Positions 38,153-53,942 of a DNA stretch of 64,000 nt are shown piece after piece. The DNA comes from Eledone cirrhosa. Taxonomy: Eukaryota. The notes under the pieces were generated by a model. That model was given only the letters and a program-made list of their open reading frames with translations, was not told where the DNA came from and did no database searches. The position numbers were made by a program, and so were the translations under genes. The number at the start of each line of letters is the position of its first letter. Position 1 is the stretch's first letter. Location: positions 16,058,001 through 16,122,000 of the forward strand of contig OZ024742.1 in NCBI GenBank assembly GCA_964016885.1. Reading direction: 5' to 3'.

Positions 38153-38760
38153 CATGGTGGCTGCCAACTCGTTTTCGAGTACGGCCACTACTTTATATCC
38201 ATGTAGGAGAACCCCTACCGATGCGCTGAACAAGTGTGACTTTTTAGTCAAGCCAGCGACTTGAAAACTCTGGTACAAACACTACACTTGTGACAATTAT
38301 TGACACAGTGCTGGGCCCATGGTACCATGTGACGACAAGTGCAGAGAGATCTCCAGATATAAAGCAATGCCTGTGCCGTGAAGATTTTATAGTGAGCAAA
38401 GGCACTGCACAAAGCCAGTCCCACTCTCTTAACCAAGATGATATTTACCAAAAAGAAGAACAAGTCAACATCATTGGATACCATCAGGGTTGCAGGTGTT
38501 ATATCAGAGTTTTCCTTCTCCTAGAATTCTGCCTTGACAAAGGCTAAGGGGTCATCTCTCCCGGTGATTTTGGATGGCCATTGACTATTAAGAGCTCCTT
38601 TGCCCTTTGACAGGTTTTATTTTTAGTCCTGCAGGATGTCCAAAGTCACCCTCCTCACCAAGAAACCTTGGTGGGGTTGCCAGTTTAGTCGCCAATGACC
38701 CGACCATGGGAAAGGTTGTACTGGGATACATGTTACAAGTAGCACCAACTGGTGACCTGA
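38153..38760 (-). mobile_element. RTE-derived bipartite non-autonomous element in (CATA)n
   Basis: Minus strand: 5'UTR-like part with ggagaaggaaaactctga, then an ORF C-terminus HKCSVCTRVFKSLA*LKSHTCSAHR* (C2H2-like, 38292-38215), short 3'UTR and (TATG)n tail; no RT in between. Confidence 0.65.
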
Positions 38761-38828
38761 CACATACATACATATATACATACATACATATATACATACA
38801 TACATACATACATACATTCATACATACA

Positions 38829-38862
<34 letters not shown>

Positions 38863-38892
38863 CATACATACATACATACATACATACATACA

Positions 38893-41800
38893 TAACAGTT
38901 ATAACGACAGTGTTGTATATAACAGCAATAACGACAGTGTTGTATATAAGAGCAATAACGACAGTGGTGTATATAACATCAATAATGCCAGTGATGTATA
39001 TAACAGTTATAACGCAGTGTTGTATATAACCGCAATAATGACAGTGTTGTATATAACAACCATAATGACAGTGTTGTATATAACAGTAATAACGACAGTG
39101 TTGTAAATCACAGCTATAACGACAGTGTTGTATATAACAGCAATAACGACAGCGATGTATATAACAGCTATGATGACAGTCTTCTATAACAGCTATAACG
39201 GCAGTGTTGTATATAGCAGCAATGGGAGACAGTGTTGTATATAACAGCAATAACGACAGTGTTGTATATAACAGCTATAACGACAGTGTTGTATATAACA
39301 GCTATAACGACAGTGTTGTATATAACAGCTATAACGACAGTGTTGTATATAACAGCTATAACAACAGTGTTGTATATAACAGCTATAATGACAGTGTTGT
39401 ATATAACAGCTATAACGACAGTGTTGTATATAACAGCTATAACAACAGTGTTGTATATAACAGCTATAATGACAGTGTTGTATATAACAGCTATAACGAC
39501 TGTTTTGTATATAACAGCAATAACGACAGTGTTGTATATAACAGCAATAACGACAGTGTTGTATATAACAGCAATAACGACAGTGTTGTATATAACAGCT
39601 ATAATGACAGTGTTGTTTATAACGGCAATAACGACAGTGTTGTATACAACAGCTATAAGGACAGTGTTGTATACAACAGCTATAAAGACAGTGTTGTATA
39701 TAACAGCAATGACAGACAGTGTTATATATAACAGTTATAACAACAGTTTTGTATATAACAGCAATAACGACAGTGTTGATATGACAGCAATAACGACAGT
39801 GTTGTATATAACAGCTATAACGACAGTGTCGTATATAACAGCTATAACGACAGTGTCGTATATAACAGGAATATTTACAGTGTTGTATATAACCGCTATA
39901 AGAGACAGTGTTGTATATAACAGCTATAATGACAGTTTTTTTAATATAACAGCTATAATGACGATGTTGTATATAACAGCAATAACGACAGTGTTGTATA
40001 TAACAGATATAACGACAGTGTTGTATATAACAGCTATAATGACAGTGTTGTATATAACAGCTATAACGACAGTGTTGTATACAACAGCAATGAGAGACAG
40101 TGTTGTATATAACAGCAATAACGTCAGTGTTGTACATAGCAGCTATTACGACAGTGTTGTATATAACAGCTATAATGACAGTGTAGCATATAACAGCTAT
40201 AATGACAGTGTTGTATATAACAGCAATAATGGCAGTGTTGTATATAACAACTAAAAGGACAGTGTTGTATGTAACAGCTATAAGGACAGTGTTGTATATA
40301 ACAGCAATAATGAATGTGTATATAACAGTTATAATGACAGTGTTTTATATAACAGCTATAGTGACAGTGTTGTATATAACAGCTATAACGACAGTGTTGT
40401 ATATATAAGTTATAACGGCAGTGTTGTATATAGCAGCTATAACAACAGTGTTATATAACAGCAATACCGACAGTGTTGTATATAAAACTAATCACGACAT
40501 TATTGTATATAACAGCTATAACGACAGTGATGTATATAACAGCTATGATGACAGTTTTGTATATAACAGTTATAACACAGTGTTGTATATAACAGCAATA
40601 GTGACAGTGTTGTATATAACAGCTATGATGACAGTTTTGTATATAACAATTATAACACAGTGTTGTATATAACAGCTATAACAACAGTGTTGTATATAAC
40701 AGCTATGATGACAGTTTTGTATATAACAGTTATAACGACAGTATTGTATATAACAGCAATAACGGCAGTGATGTATATAACAACTATGAGAGACAATGTT
40801 GTATATAACAGTAATAACGACAGTGTTCTCTATAACAGCTCTAAATGCAGTGTTGTATATAACACCTATAACGACAGTGTTGAATATAACAGCTATAACG
40901 ACAGTGTTGTATATAACAGCAATAATGACAGTGTTGTATATAACAGCTATAATGACAGTTTTGTATATAACAGTTATGATGACAGTGTTGTATATAACAG
41001 CAATAACTACAGTGTTGTATATAACAGCAATAATGCCAGTGATGTATATAACTGCAATAATGACAGTGTTGTATATAACAGCAATTATGATAGTGTTGTA
41101 TATAACAGCAATAATGTCAGTGTTGTATATAACAGCAATAATGACTGTGTTGTATATAACAGCAATAATGTCAGTGTTGTATAGAACAGTTATAATGACA
41201 GTGTTGAATATAACAGCTTAATGTCAGTGTTGTATATAACAGCAATAATGACAGTGTTGAATATAACAGCAATAATGACAGTGTTATATATAAAATTAAT
41301 AACGGCAGTGTTGTATATAACAGCTATAACGACAGTTGAATATAACAGCTATAATGACAGTGTAGCATATAACAGCTATAACGAAAGTGTTGTATATAAC
41401 AGCTATAACAACTGTGTTGTATATAACAGCTATAATGACAGTGTTTATATAACAGCTATAATGACAGTGTTGTATCTAACAGCATTACCGAGAGTGTTGT
41501 ATATAATACCAATAACGACAGTGTTGTATATAACAGCTATAACGACAGTGTTGTATATAACAGCTATAACAACAGTGTTGTATATAACAGCTATAACGAC
41601 AGTGTTGTATATAACAGCAATTACGACAGTGTTGTATATAACAGCTATAACGACAGTGTTGTATATAACAGCTATAACGACAGTGTTGTATATGACAGCT
41701 ATAACGACAGTGTTGTATATAACAGCAATAACGACAGTGTTGTTTATAACAGCAATTACGACAGTGTTGTATATAACAGCTATAACGACAGTGTTGTATA

Positions 41801-44800
41801 CAACAGCTATAAGGACAGTGTTGTTTACAACAGCTATAAAGACAGTGTTGTATATAACAGCAATGACAGACAGTGTTATATATAACACTTATAACAACAG
41901 TTTTGTATATAACAGCAATAACGACAGTGTTGTATATAACAGCAATGAGAGACAGTGTTGTATATAACAGCAACAACGACAGTGATGTATATAGCTGCAA
42001 TAACAACAGTGTTGTATATAACAGCAATAATGACTGTGTGTATATAACAGCTATAATGACAGTGTTTTATATAACAGCTATAATGACAGTGTTGTATATA
42101 ACAGCATTACCGATAGTGTTGTATATAACACCAATAACGGCAGTGTTGTATATAACAGCTATAACGACAGTGTTGTATATAACAGTGATAACGACAGTGT
42201 TGTATATAACAGCTATAACTGCAATGTTGTATATAATACCAATAACGGCAGTGTCGTATATAACAGCAATAATGACAGTGTTGTATATAACAGCAATAAT
42301 GAGAGTGTTATATATAACACTCTCATCGGCAGTGTTCTATATAACAGCAATAGCGATAGTGTTCAATATAACAGCTATAACGACAGTGTTGTATATAACA
42401 GCTATAACAAAAGTGTCGTATATAACAGCTATAACGAAAGTGTTGTATATAACAGCAATGTAAGACAGTGTTGTATATAACAGCAATAACGACAGTGTTG
42501 TATATAACAGCAATAACGAGAGTGTTGTATACAACAGCTATAACCACAGTGTTGTATATAACAGCTATAACGACAGTGTTGCATATAACAGCTATAACGA
42601 AAGTGTTGTATATAACAGCAATGTGAGACAGTGTTGTATATAACAGCAATAAAGACAGTGTTGTATATAGCAGCTATAACGACAGTGTTTTATATAACAG
42701 CTATAACAACAGTGATGTATATAACCGCTATGATGACAGTTTTGTATATAACAGTTATAACGACAGTGTTGTATATAACAGCAATAGTGACAGTGTTGTA
42801 TATATAAGCTATGATGACAGTTTTTTATATAACAGTTATAACGACAATGTTGTATATAACAGCAATAACGCCAGTGTTGTATATAACAGCTATAACGACA
42901 ATGTTGTATATAACAGCTATAACGACAGTGTTGTATATAACAGTAATAACGACAGTGTTGTTTATAACAGCTATAATGGCAGTGTTGTATATAATAGCTA
43001 TAACGACAGTGTTGTATATAACAGCTCTAATGACAGTGTTGTATATAACAGCAATAATGACAGTGTTGTATATAACAGCTATAATGACAGTTTTGTATGT
43101 AACAGTTATAATGACAGTTTTGTATATAACAGCTATGATGACAGTGTTGTATATAACAGCAATAACGACAGTGTTGTATATAACAGTAATAATGCCACTG
43201 ATGTATATAACTGCAATAATGACAGTGTGGTATATAACAGCAATTATGATAGTGTTGTATATAACAGCAATAATGACAGTGCTATTTATAACAGCAATAA
43301 TGACAGTGTTGTATATAACAGGAATAGCGACAGTGTTGTATATAAAAGCTATAACGACAGTGTTTTATATAACAGCTATAACGACAGTGTTGTATATAAC
43401 AGCTATAACAACAGTGTTGTATATAACAGCTATAACGACAGTGTTGTATATAACAGCTATAAAGACAATGTTGTATATAACAGCAATAATGACAGTGTTG
43501 TATATAACAGCAATAACGACAGTGTAGAATATAGCAGCTATAACGACAGTGTTGTATATAACAGCTGTAACGGCAGTGTTGTATATAACAGCTATAATGA
43601 CAGTGTTGTATATAACATCAATACCGACAGTGTTGTTTATAACACCAATAATGACAGTGTTGTATATAACAGCTATAACGACAGTGTTGTATACAACATC
43701 AATAATCACTGTGTTGTATATAACAACAATAACGACAGTGATGTATATAACAGCTATGATGACAGTTTGTATATAATAGCAATAACGCCAGTGTTGTATA
43801 TAAAAGCTATAACGACATTGTTGTATATAACAGCTGTAATGACAGTGGTGTATATAACAGCTGTAATGACAGTGGTGTATATAACAGCTATAACGACAGT
43901 GTTGCATATAACAGCTATAACGACAGTGTTGTATATAACAGCTATAGCAACAGTGTCGCATATAACAGCTATAACGTAAGTGTTGTATATAACAGCAACG
44001 TGAGACAGTGTTGTATATAACAGCAATAACGACAGTGTTGTATATAGCAGCTATAACGACAGTGTTTTATATAACAGCTATAACAACAGTGATGTATATA
44101 ACCACTATGATGACAGTTTTGTATATAACAGTTATAACGACAGTGTTGTATATAACAGCAATAGTGACAGTGTTGTATATAACAGCTATGATGACTGTTT
44201 TTTATATAACAGTTATAACGACAATGTTGTATATAACAGCAATAACGTCAGTGTTGTATATAACAGCTATAACGACAATGCTGTATATAACAGCTAGAAC
44301 GACAGTGTTGTATATAACAGTAATAACGACAGTGTTGTTTATAACAGCTATAATGGCAGTGTTGTATATAACAGCTATAACGACAGTGTTGAATATAACA
44401 GCTATAACGACAGTGTTGTATATAACAGCTCTAATGACAGTGTTGTATATAACAGCAATAATGACAGTGTTGTATATAACAGCTATAATGACAGTTTTGT
44501 ATGTAACAGTTATAATGACAGTTTTGTATATAACAGCTATGATGACAGTGTTGTATATAACAGCAATAACGACAGTGTTGTATATAACAGTAATAATGCC
44601 GGTGATGTATATAACTGCTATAATGACAGTGTGGTATATAACAGCAATTATGATAGTGTTGTATATAACAGCAATAATGACAGTGTTATTTATAACAGCA
44701 ATAATGACAGTGTTGTATATAACAGGAATAGCGACAGTGTTGTATATAACAGCTATAACGACAGTGTTTTATATAACAGCTATAACGACAGTGTTGTATA

Positions 44801-47800
44801 TAACAGCTATAAAGACAGTGTTGTATATAACAGCAATAATGACAGTGTTGTATATAACAGCAATAACGACAGTGTTGTATATAACAGCTATAATGACAGT
44901 GTTGTATATAACAGCAATAATGACAGTGTTGTATATAACAGCAATAACGACAGTGTTGTATATAACAGCTATAATGACAGTGTTGTATATAACAGTTGTA
45001 ATGACAGTGTTGTATATAACAGCAATTATGACAGTGTTGTATATATCACCTATGATGACAGTGTTGTATATAACAGCAATAATGAACGTGTTATATATAA
45101 CAGCATTACCGACAGTGTTGTTTATAATAGCTACAATGACAGTGTTGTATATAACAGCAATAACGACAGTGTTGTATATAACAGCAATAACGACAGTGTT
45201 GTATATAACAGCAATAACGACAGTGTAGAATATAGCAGCTATAACGACAGTGTTGTATATAACAGCTGTAACGGCAGTGTTGTATATAACAGCTATAATG
45301 ACAGTGTTGTATATAACATCAATACCGACAGTGTTGTTTATAACACCAATAATGACAGTGTTGTATATAACAGCTATAACGACAGAGTTGTATATAACAT
45401 CAATAATCACTGTGTTGTATATAACAGCAATAACGACGGTGATGTATATAACAGCTATGATGACAGTTTGTATATAATAGCAATAACGCCAGTGTTGTAT
45501 ATAAAAGCTATAACGACATTGTTGTATATAACAGCTGTAATGACAGTGGTGTATATAACAGCTGTAATGACAGTGATGTATATAACAGCAATAGCGACAG
45601 TGTTGTATATAACAGTTATAATAACTGGGTTGTATATAACAGCTATCATGACAGTGTTGTATATAACACCAATAACGGCAGTGTCATATATAACAGCAAT
45701 AATGACAGTGTTGTATATACCAGCAATAATGACAGTGTTGTATATAACAGCTGTAATGACAGTTTTGTATATAACAGCTATAACGACAGTGTTGTATATA
45801 ACAGCAATGAGAGGCAGTGTTGTATATAACAGCAATAACGACAGTATTGTACATAACAGCTATAACGACAGTGTTGTATATAACAGCAATGAGAGACAGT
45901 GTTGTATATAACAGCAATAACGACAGTGATATATATAACAGCAATAATGACAGTGTTGTATATAACAGCAATAATGACAGTGTTATATATAACAGCAATA
46001 ACGAGAGTGTTGTATATAGCAGCTATAACGAAAGTGTTGTATATAACAGCAATAACGACAGTGTTGTATATATCAGCTATAACCGCAGTGTTGTATATAA
46101 CAGCAACAACGACAGTGTTGAATATAACAGCAATATAACACTAATAACGGCAGTGTTTTATATTACAGCACCAACGACAGTGTTGTATATAACAGCTATA
46201 ACGAAAGTGTTGTATATATCAGCAATTATGACAGTGTTGTATATAACAGCAATAGCGACAGTGTTGTGTATAACAGCTATAACGACACTGTTGTATATAA
46301 CAGCTATAACGACAGTGTTGTATATAACAGCAACGTGAGCCAGTGTTGTATATAACAGCAATAATGACAGTGTAGTATACAACAGCTATAACGAAAGTGT
46401 TGTATATAACAGCTACAACGAAAGTGTTGTATATAACACCTATAATGACTGTGTTGTATAGAAAAGCTATAATAACTGTGTTTCATGTAACAGCAATAAC
46501 GACTGCGTTGTATAAAACAGCAATAACGACAGTGTTGTATATAACACTAATAACGGCAGTGTCGTATATAACAGCTATAACGTCAGTGTTGTATATAACA
46601 GCTATAATGACAGTGTTGTATATATCAGCTATAACGACAGTGTTGTGTATAACAGCAATGAGAGATAGTGTTGTAAATAACAGCTATAATGACAGTGTTG
46701 TATATAACAGTTATAACGACAGTGTCGTATATAACAGCAATGAGAGACAGTGTTGTATATAACAGCAATAACGACAGTGTTGCATATAACAGCAATAACG
46801 ACAGTGTTGAATATAGCAGCTATAACAACAGTATTGTATATAACAGCTATAATGACAGTGTTGTATATAACATCAATACCGACAGTGTTGTATATAACAG
46901 TTATAACGACAGTGTTGTATATAACAGCAATGAGAGACAGTGTTGTATATAACAGCTATAACGACAGTGTTGTATATAACAGCTGTAACGACAGTGGTGT
47001 ATATAACAGCAATAGCGACAGTGTTGTATATAACAGCTATAGTGACAGTTTTGTATATAACAGTTATAATAACAGTGTTGTATATAACAGCTATAATGAC
47101 AGTGTTGTATATAACACCAATAACGGCAGTGTCGTATATAACAGCAATAACGACAGTGTTGTATATACCAGCAATAATGACAGTGTTGTATATAACAGCT
47201 GTAATGACAGTTTTGTATATAACAGCTATAAAGACAGTGCTGTATATCACAGCATTGAGAGGCAGTGTTGTATATAACAGCAATAACGACAGTATTTTAT
47301 ATAACAGCTTTAACGACAGTGTTGTATATAACAGCAATAATGACAGTGTCGTATATAACAGCTGTAATGACAGTTTTGTATATAACAATAATAATAACAG
47401 TGTCGTATATAACAGCTATGATAACAGTGTAATATATAATACCAATAACGGCAGTGTCGTATATAACAACAATAATGCCAGTGATGTATATAACAGCAAT
47501 AACCACAGTGATGTATATAACAGCAATAATGACAGTGTTGTATATAACAACTATAACAACAGTGTTGTATATAACAGCAATAACGACAGTGTTGTATATA
47601 ACAGCTATAAAGGACAGTGTTGTATATAACAGCTATAATGACAGTGTTGTATATAACAGCAATAACGACAGTGTTGTATATAACAGCTATAACAACAGTA
47701 TTGTATATAACAGCTATAATGACAGTGTTGTATATAACAGCAATAGCGACAGTGTTGCATATAACAGCAATAATGAGAGACAGTGTTGTATATAACACCA

Positions 47801-50800
47801 ATAATGACAGTGTTGTATATAACAGCAACAACGACAGTCTTGTATATAACAGCTATAATATCAGTTTTGTATATAACAGCTATAACAGCAGTGTTGTATA
47901 TAACAGCATTAATGACAGTGTTGTATATATCAGCTATAATGACAGTGTTGTATATAACTGCAATAACGGCAGTGTTGTGTTTAACGGCAATAATCACAGT
48001 GTTTTATATAGCAACTGTAATGACAGTGTTGTATATAACAGCAATAATGACAGTTTTGTATATAACAGCTATAATGACAGTGTTATATATAACTCTAATA
48101 ACAGCAGTGTTGTATATGACAGCAATAACGACAGTGTTGTATATAACAGCTATAAGAGACAGTGTTTATATAACAGCTATAAGGACAGTGTTGTATATAA
48201 CAGCTATAACGACAGTGTTGTATATAACAGCTATAACGACAGTGTTGTATATATCAGCAATAAAGACAGTGTTGTATATAACAGCTATAACGGCAGTGTT
48301 GTATATAGCAGCTATAATGAGAGACAGTGTTGTATATAACAGCTATAAAGGCAGTGTTGTATATAGCAGCTATAATGACAGTGTTGTATATAACACCAAT
48401 AACGACAGTGTTGTATATAACAGCAATAATGACAGTGTATCATATAACAGCTATAACGGCAGTGTTGTATATAACACCTATAACGACAGTGTTTGTATAT
48501 AACAGCTAAAACGACAGTGTTGTACATAACAGCTATAATGACAGTGTTGTATATAACAGCAATAACGACGGTGTTGTATATAACAGTAATAACGACAGTC
48601 TTTGCATATAACAGCAATAACGACAGTGTTGTATATAACAGCTATAACGACAGTGTTGTATATAACAGCAATAACGACAGTGTTTTATATAACAGCAATA
48701 ACGGCAGTGTTGTATATAACAGCTATAACGACAGTGTTGTATATAACACCAATAACGACAGTGTTGTATATAACAGCTATAATGACAGTGTTGTATATAA
48801 CAGCTATAATGACAGTGTTGTATATAACAGCTATAACGACAGTGTTGTATATAACAGATATAAGGATAGTGTTGTATATAACAGCTATAACGACAGTGTT
48901 GTATATAACAGCAATGAGAGACAGTGTTGTATATAACAGCAATAATGACAGTGTTGTATATAACAGTTATAATGACAGTGTTGTATATAACAGCTATAAT
49001 GACAGTGTTGTATATAAATCAATGAGAGACATTGCTGTCTATAAGAGCAATAATGAGAGACAGTGTTGTATATAACAGCAATAACGACAGTGTTGTATAT
49101 AACAGCAATAACGACAGTGTTGTATATAACAGCTATAACGACAGTGTTGTATATATCAGCAATAAAGACAGTGTTGTATATAACACCTATAACGGCAGTG
49201 TTGTATATAGCAACTATAATGAGAGACAGTGTTGTATATAACAGCTATAACGGCAGTGTTGTATATAGCAGCTATAATGAGAGACAGTGTTGTATATAAA
49301 AACAATAACGACAGTTTTGTATATAACAGCTATAACGACAGTGTTGTATATAACAGCAATAACGACTGTGTTTATATATAACACCAATAACGACAGTGTT
49401 TTATATAACAACAATAATGACAGTGTTGTATATAACACGAATAACGACAGTGTTGTATATAACAGCAAAAATGACAGTGTATCATATAACAGCTATAACG
49501 GCAGTGTTGTATATAACAGCAATAACGACAGTGGTGTATATAACAGCTATAACGGCAGTGTTGTATATAACAGCAATAACGACAGTGTTGTATATAACAG
49601 CAATAACGATGGTGTTGTATATGACAGATATAACGACAGTGTTGTATATAAAAGCATTAACCACACTGTCGTATATAACACCAATGACGGCAGTGTTGTA
49701 TATAACAGCAATAACGAAAGCGGGGTATATAACAGCGATAATTACAGTGTTGTATATAACAGTTATAACGACAGTGTTGTATACAACAGCTATAAGGAGA
49801 GTGTTGTATACAACAGCTATAATGACAGTGTTGTATACAACAGCTATAATGACAGCGTTGTATACAACAGCTATAAGGACAGTGTTGTATATAACAGCAA
49901 TAACGACAGTGTTGTATACAACAGCTATAACGACAGTGTTGTATATAACAGCAATAACGGCAGTGTTGTATATAACAGCTATAATGACAGTGTTGTATAT
50001 AATAACAATAACGACAGTTTTGTATATAACAGCTATAACGACAGTGTTGTATATAACAGCTATAATGACAGTGCTGTATATAACAGCTATAACGACAGTG
50101 TTTGTATATAACACCAATAACGACAGTGTTGTATATAACAGCAATAATGACAGTGTATCATATAACAGCTATAACGGCAGTGTTGTATATAACAGCTATA
50201 ACGACAGTGTTTGTATATAACAGCTAAAACGACAGTGTTGTATATAACAGCTATAATGACAGTGTTGTATATAACAGCAATAGCGACGGTGTTGTATATA
50301 ACAGTAATAACGACAGTGTTTGCATATAACAGCAATAACGACAGTGTTGTATATAACAGCTATAACGACAGTGTTGTATATAACAGCAATAACGACTGTG
50401 TTTTATATAACAGCAATAACGGCAGTGTTGTATATAACAGCTATAACGACAGTGTTGTATATAACACCAATAACGACAGTGTTGTATATAACAGCTATAA
50501 TGACAGTGTTGTATATAACAGCTATAATGACAGTGTTGTATATAACAGCTATAACGACAGTGTTGTATATAACAGCTATAACGACAGTGTTGTATATAAC
50601 ACCAATGAGAGACAGTGTTGTATATAACAGCAATAACGACAGTGTTGTATATAACATCAACAACGACAGTGTTGTATATAACAGCAATGAGAGACAGTCT
50701 TTATATAACAGCTATAAGGACAGTGTTGTATATAACAGCTATAACGACAGTGTTGTATATAACAGTAATGAGAGACAGTGTTGTATATAACAGCAATAAT

Positions 50801-51656
50801 GACAGTGTTGTATATAACAGTTATAATGACAGTGTTGTATATAACAGCAATAACGACAGTGTTGTATATAACAGCAACAACGACAGTGTTGTATATAGCA
50901 GCTATAATGAGAGACAGTGTTGTATATAACAGCTATAACTACAGTGTTGTATATAACAGCTATAATGACAGTGTTGTATATAAAATCAATGAGAGACATT
51001 CCTGTCTATAAGAGCAATAATGAGAGACAGTGTTGTATATAACAGCTATAACGACAGTGTTGTATATAACAGCAATAACGCCAGTGTTGTATATAACAGC
51101 AATAACGACAGTGTTGTATATAACAGCAATAACGACAGTGTTTGTATATAACAGCTATAACGACAGTGTTGTATATATCAGCAATAAAGACAGTGTTGTA
51201 TATAACACCTATAACGGCAGTGTTGTATATAGCAGCTATAATGAGAGACAGTGTTGTATATAACAGCTATAACGGCAGTGTTGTATATAGCAGCTATAAT
51301 GAGAGACAGTGTTGTATATAACAACAATAACGACAGTTTTGTATATAACAGCTATAACGACAGTGTTGTATATAACAGCTATAATGACAGTGTTGTATAT
51401 AACAGCTATAACGACAGTGTTTTATATAACAACAATAATGACAGTGTTGTATATAACACCAATAACGACAGTGTTGTATATAACAGCAATAATGACAGTG
51501 TATCATATAACAGCTATAACGACAGTGTCGTATATAACACCAATAACGACAGTATTGTATATAACAGCTATAACGACAGTGTTGTATATAACAGCAATAA
51601 AGACAGTGTTGTATATAACAGCAACAACGACAGCGTTGTATATAACAGCAATAATG
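38893..51656. repeat. 27-bp minisatellite, ~12.8 kb (~470 units)
   Basis: Consensus ACAGTGTTGTATATAACAGCWATAAYG; 9-codon periodicity gives the spurious TVLYITAIT / DSVVYNSYN ORFs. Confidence 0.97.
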
Positions 51657-51868
51657 GTTTCGTATACAGGCACAAGGCCATCAATTTTTGGGGAGGGGAG
51701 AGTCGATTAAATCGTCCCCAGTACTTGACTGGTACTTTATTTTATCGATACCATTAAGGATGAAAAGCAAAGTTAACCTCGGTGGGATTTGAACTCAGAT
51801 CATAAAGGGTCGTAACTCTATACTACAAAGCATGGCGTCCGACTTTCTACCAATACTGCCAATCCACC
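51650..51868 (-). mobile_element. tRNA-derived SINE at the minisatellite edge
   Basis: Reverse complement of the 4848 family (gggatttgaactcag; ccaatactgccaatccacc). Confidence 0.85.
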
Positions 51869-52511
51869 AGTGTTGTATATAACAGCAATAATGACGGACA
51901 GTGTTATATAAGAAAACGATGAATTGTTTAGGGTTTCCTTCTACTTAGAAATACGAACTATGTTTAAGTTTTCTCATAAAGAGAGAAATTGTTTTTATTG
52001 AAATTGAGGAATTTGAAAGGCGACAATTTTCGAAACAGATTAAAATGGAATAATCGCATTAGAGTATGTAATAGAGGATACCTTAGAGCAGGGGTGGAAT
52101 AATAGATTTATAGTTGTTAGGGTAATAACTTATATACACAAACTTGAGGATAAATGTTGAGTAAACTGGAAATAAAGCGAAATATACACATGTAAAGAGT
52201 ATAATAAGAAAGGGTGTTATATAGGATGACGAATATCTAACATCTAAGAAACTAGAAATAGTTACTACATAACTAACCGGCACTCCGTCGGTTACGACGA
52301 CCAGTGTTCAAGTTGATCTGGTGAAAGCTTGCTTGTGAAATTACCAATCTTTCAACCACGTTAGCTTATTCTAACACCACCCGCGCTTATTCCACTTCTT
52401 CGCTTACCTCCCCCCCCCCCCCCGCATATTATTGGGACCTGTGAGTACATGTATCTTGTAGTTTGTGATTTGAATGGTCAGATCGGTAGAGTGTTGTACA
52501 CATTATTTTGC

Positions 52512-52698
52512 GATTGTCAGTATCGGTAGAGGGTCGGACGCCATGCTTTGACGCATAGAGTTACGTCTCTTTCCATTCTGAGTTCAAATCCCGCCGAGGT
52601 TAACTTTGCCTTTCATCCTTACGGGATCGATAAAATAAAGTACCTGTAATGCACTGGGAATTTGCTGGCCTTGTGCCAAAAGTAGAAACAATTATTAT
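52512..52698 (+). mobile_element. tRNA-derived SINE
   Basis: Same family as 4848-5030, with (att)n tail. Confidence 0.85.
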
Positions 52699-53185
52699 TT
52701 TGCGCCAGTTTATGTTCCACCTTTTATTTCTTCCTTCATGGGACAATAAAATAATTCCTACTGAACTACTGCTGTATCGATAATCGATTGGACACGTCTG
52801 CCGGAATGTGTTGCTTTAAGCCAATTTAAAAAAGAATATTATTATTAAAATTTCAATCTCCTTAAATCACCAGTTCAGTGCACACATCGATATATTTACT
52901 AGCAAATAAGCTGTCATCTAAACGTATAAACACACTAAGAAACTCTCATCAAGAAAGGAAAACATCGAATATTGCCAATTTTCATATTTCTTTACTCCAG
53001 AAGGCTTATCTGTTAATATAGGAAATAAAAATAAAAGACATTCTGTTTTTTCAGTGTAAAATATCTATGGTGTGTATTAAGCTTTTGTTTTTCTACAATT
53101 TTGCCAGATATATTAACCAAGCTTAGCTAATGCACCAGAGCGGGAAAAAGCAAGCGAGACTACGCTGCTAAATTATACAGTTACA

Positions 53186-53188
<3 letters not shown>

Positions 53189-53259
<71 letters not shown>

Positions 53260-53260
53260 C

Positions 53261-53305
<45 letters not shown>

Positions 53306-53369
53306 CATGGCTATATATATATATAGATGCATGTATATGGATTTATATATATGGATTATTTATTATTTA

Positions 53370-53441
<72 letters not shown>

Positions 53442-53942
53442 TATAATATATATATATATTATATATATATATATATTATATATATATATTATATATATAT
53501 ATATTATATATATAATATATATATATATATTATATATATTATATATATATATTATCTATATATATATATTATATATTATATATATATATATATTATATAT
53601 TATATATATATATTATATATATATTATATATATTATATATATTATATATATTATATATATATTATATATTATATGTATGGATATACATACGTATATATAT
53701 ATATATATGTATATATATGTATATATATGTATATATATATATTATATATATGTGTGTGTGTAAGTATATATATATACATATACATATATATAATTATATG
53801 TGCGTGTGTGTGTGCGTAAGTATATATATATATATAAATATACATATATATGTGTGTTTGTGTAAGTATATATATATATATATATTTATAAATGAGTGTG
53901 TGTAAGTATATATTTATATATATATGTGTGTGTGTGTGTGTA
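53189..53942. repeat. Compound (TA)n/(TTATATA)n/(TG)n microsatellite
   Basis: Directly visible. Confidence 0.95.

Noticed and set aside
38893-51656. CRISPR-like appearance of the 27-bp repeat
   Set aside because: Units are contiguous with no unique spacers, there are no cas genes, and the context is eukaryotic.
38588-51757. Dozens of long ORFs (up to 426 aa) of TVLYITAIT / DSVVYNSYN / CYIQHCRYS repeats
   Set aside because: By-product of a 27-bp unit; frames switch at frequent 1-nt indels, appear on both strands and have no unique domains.
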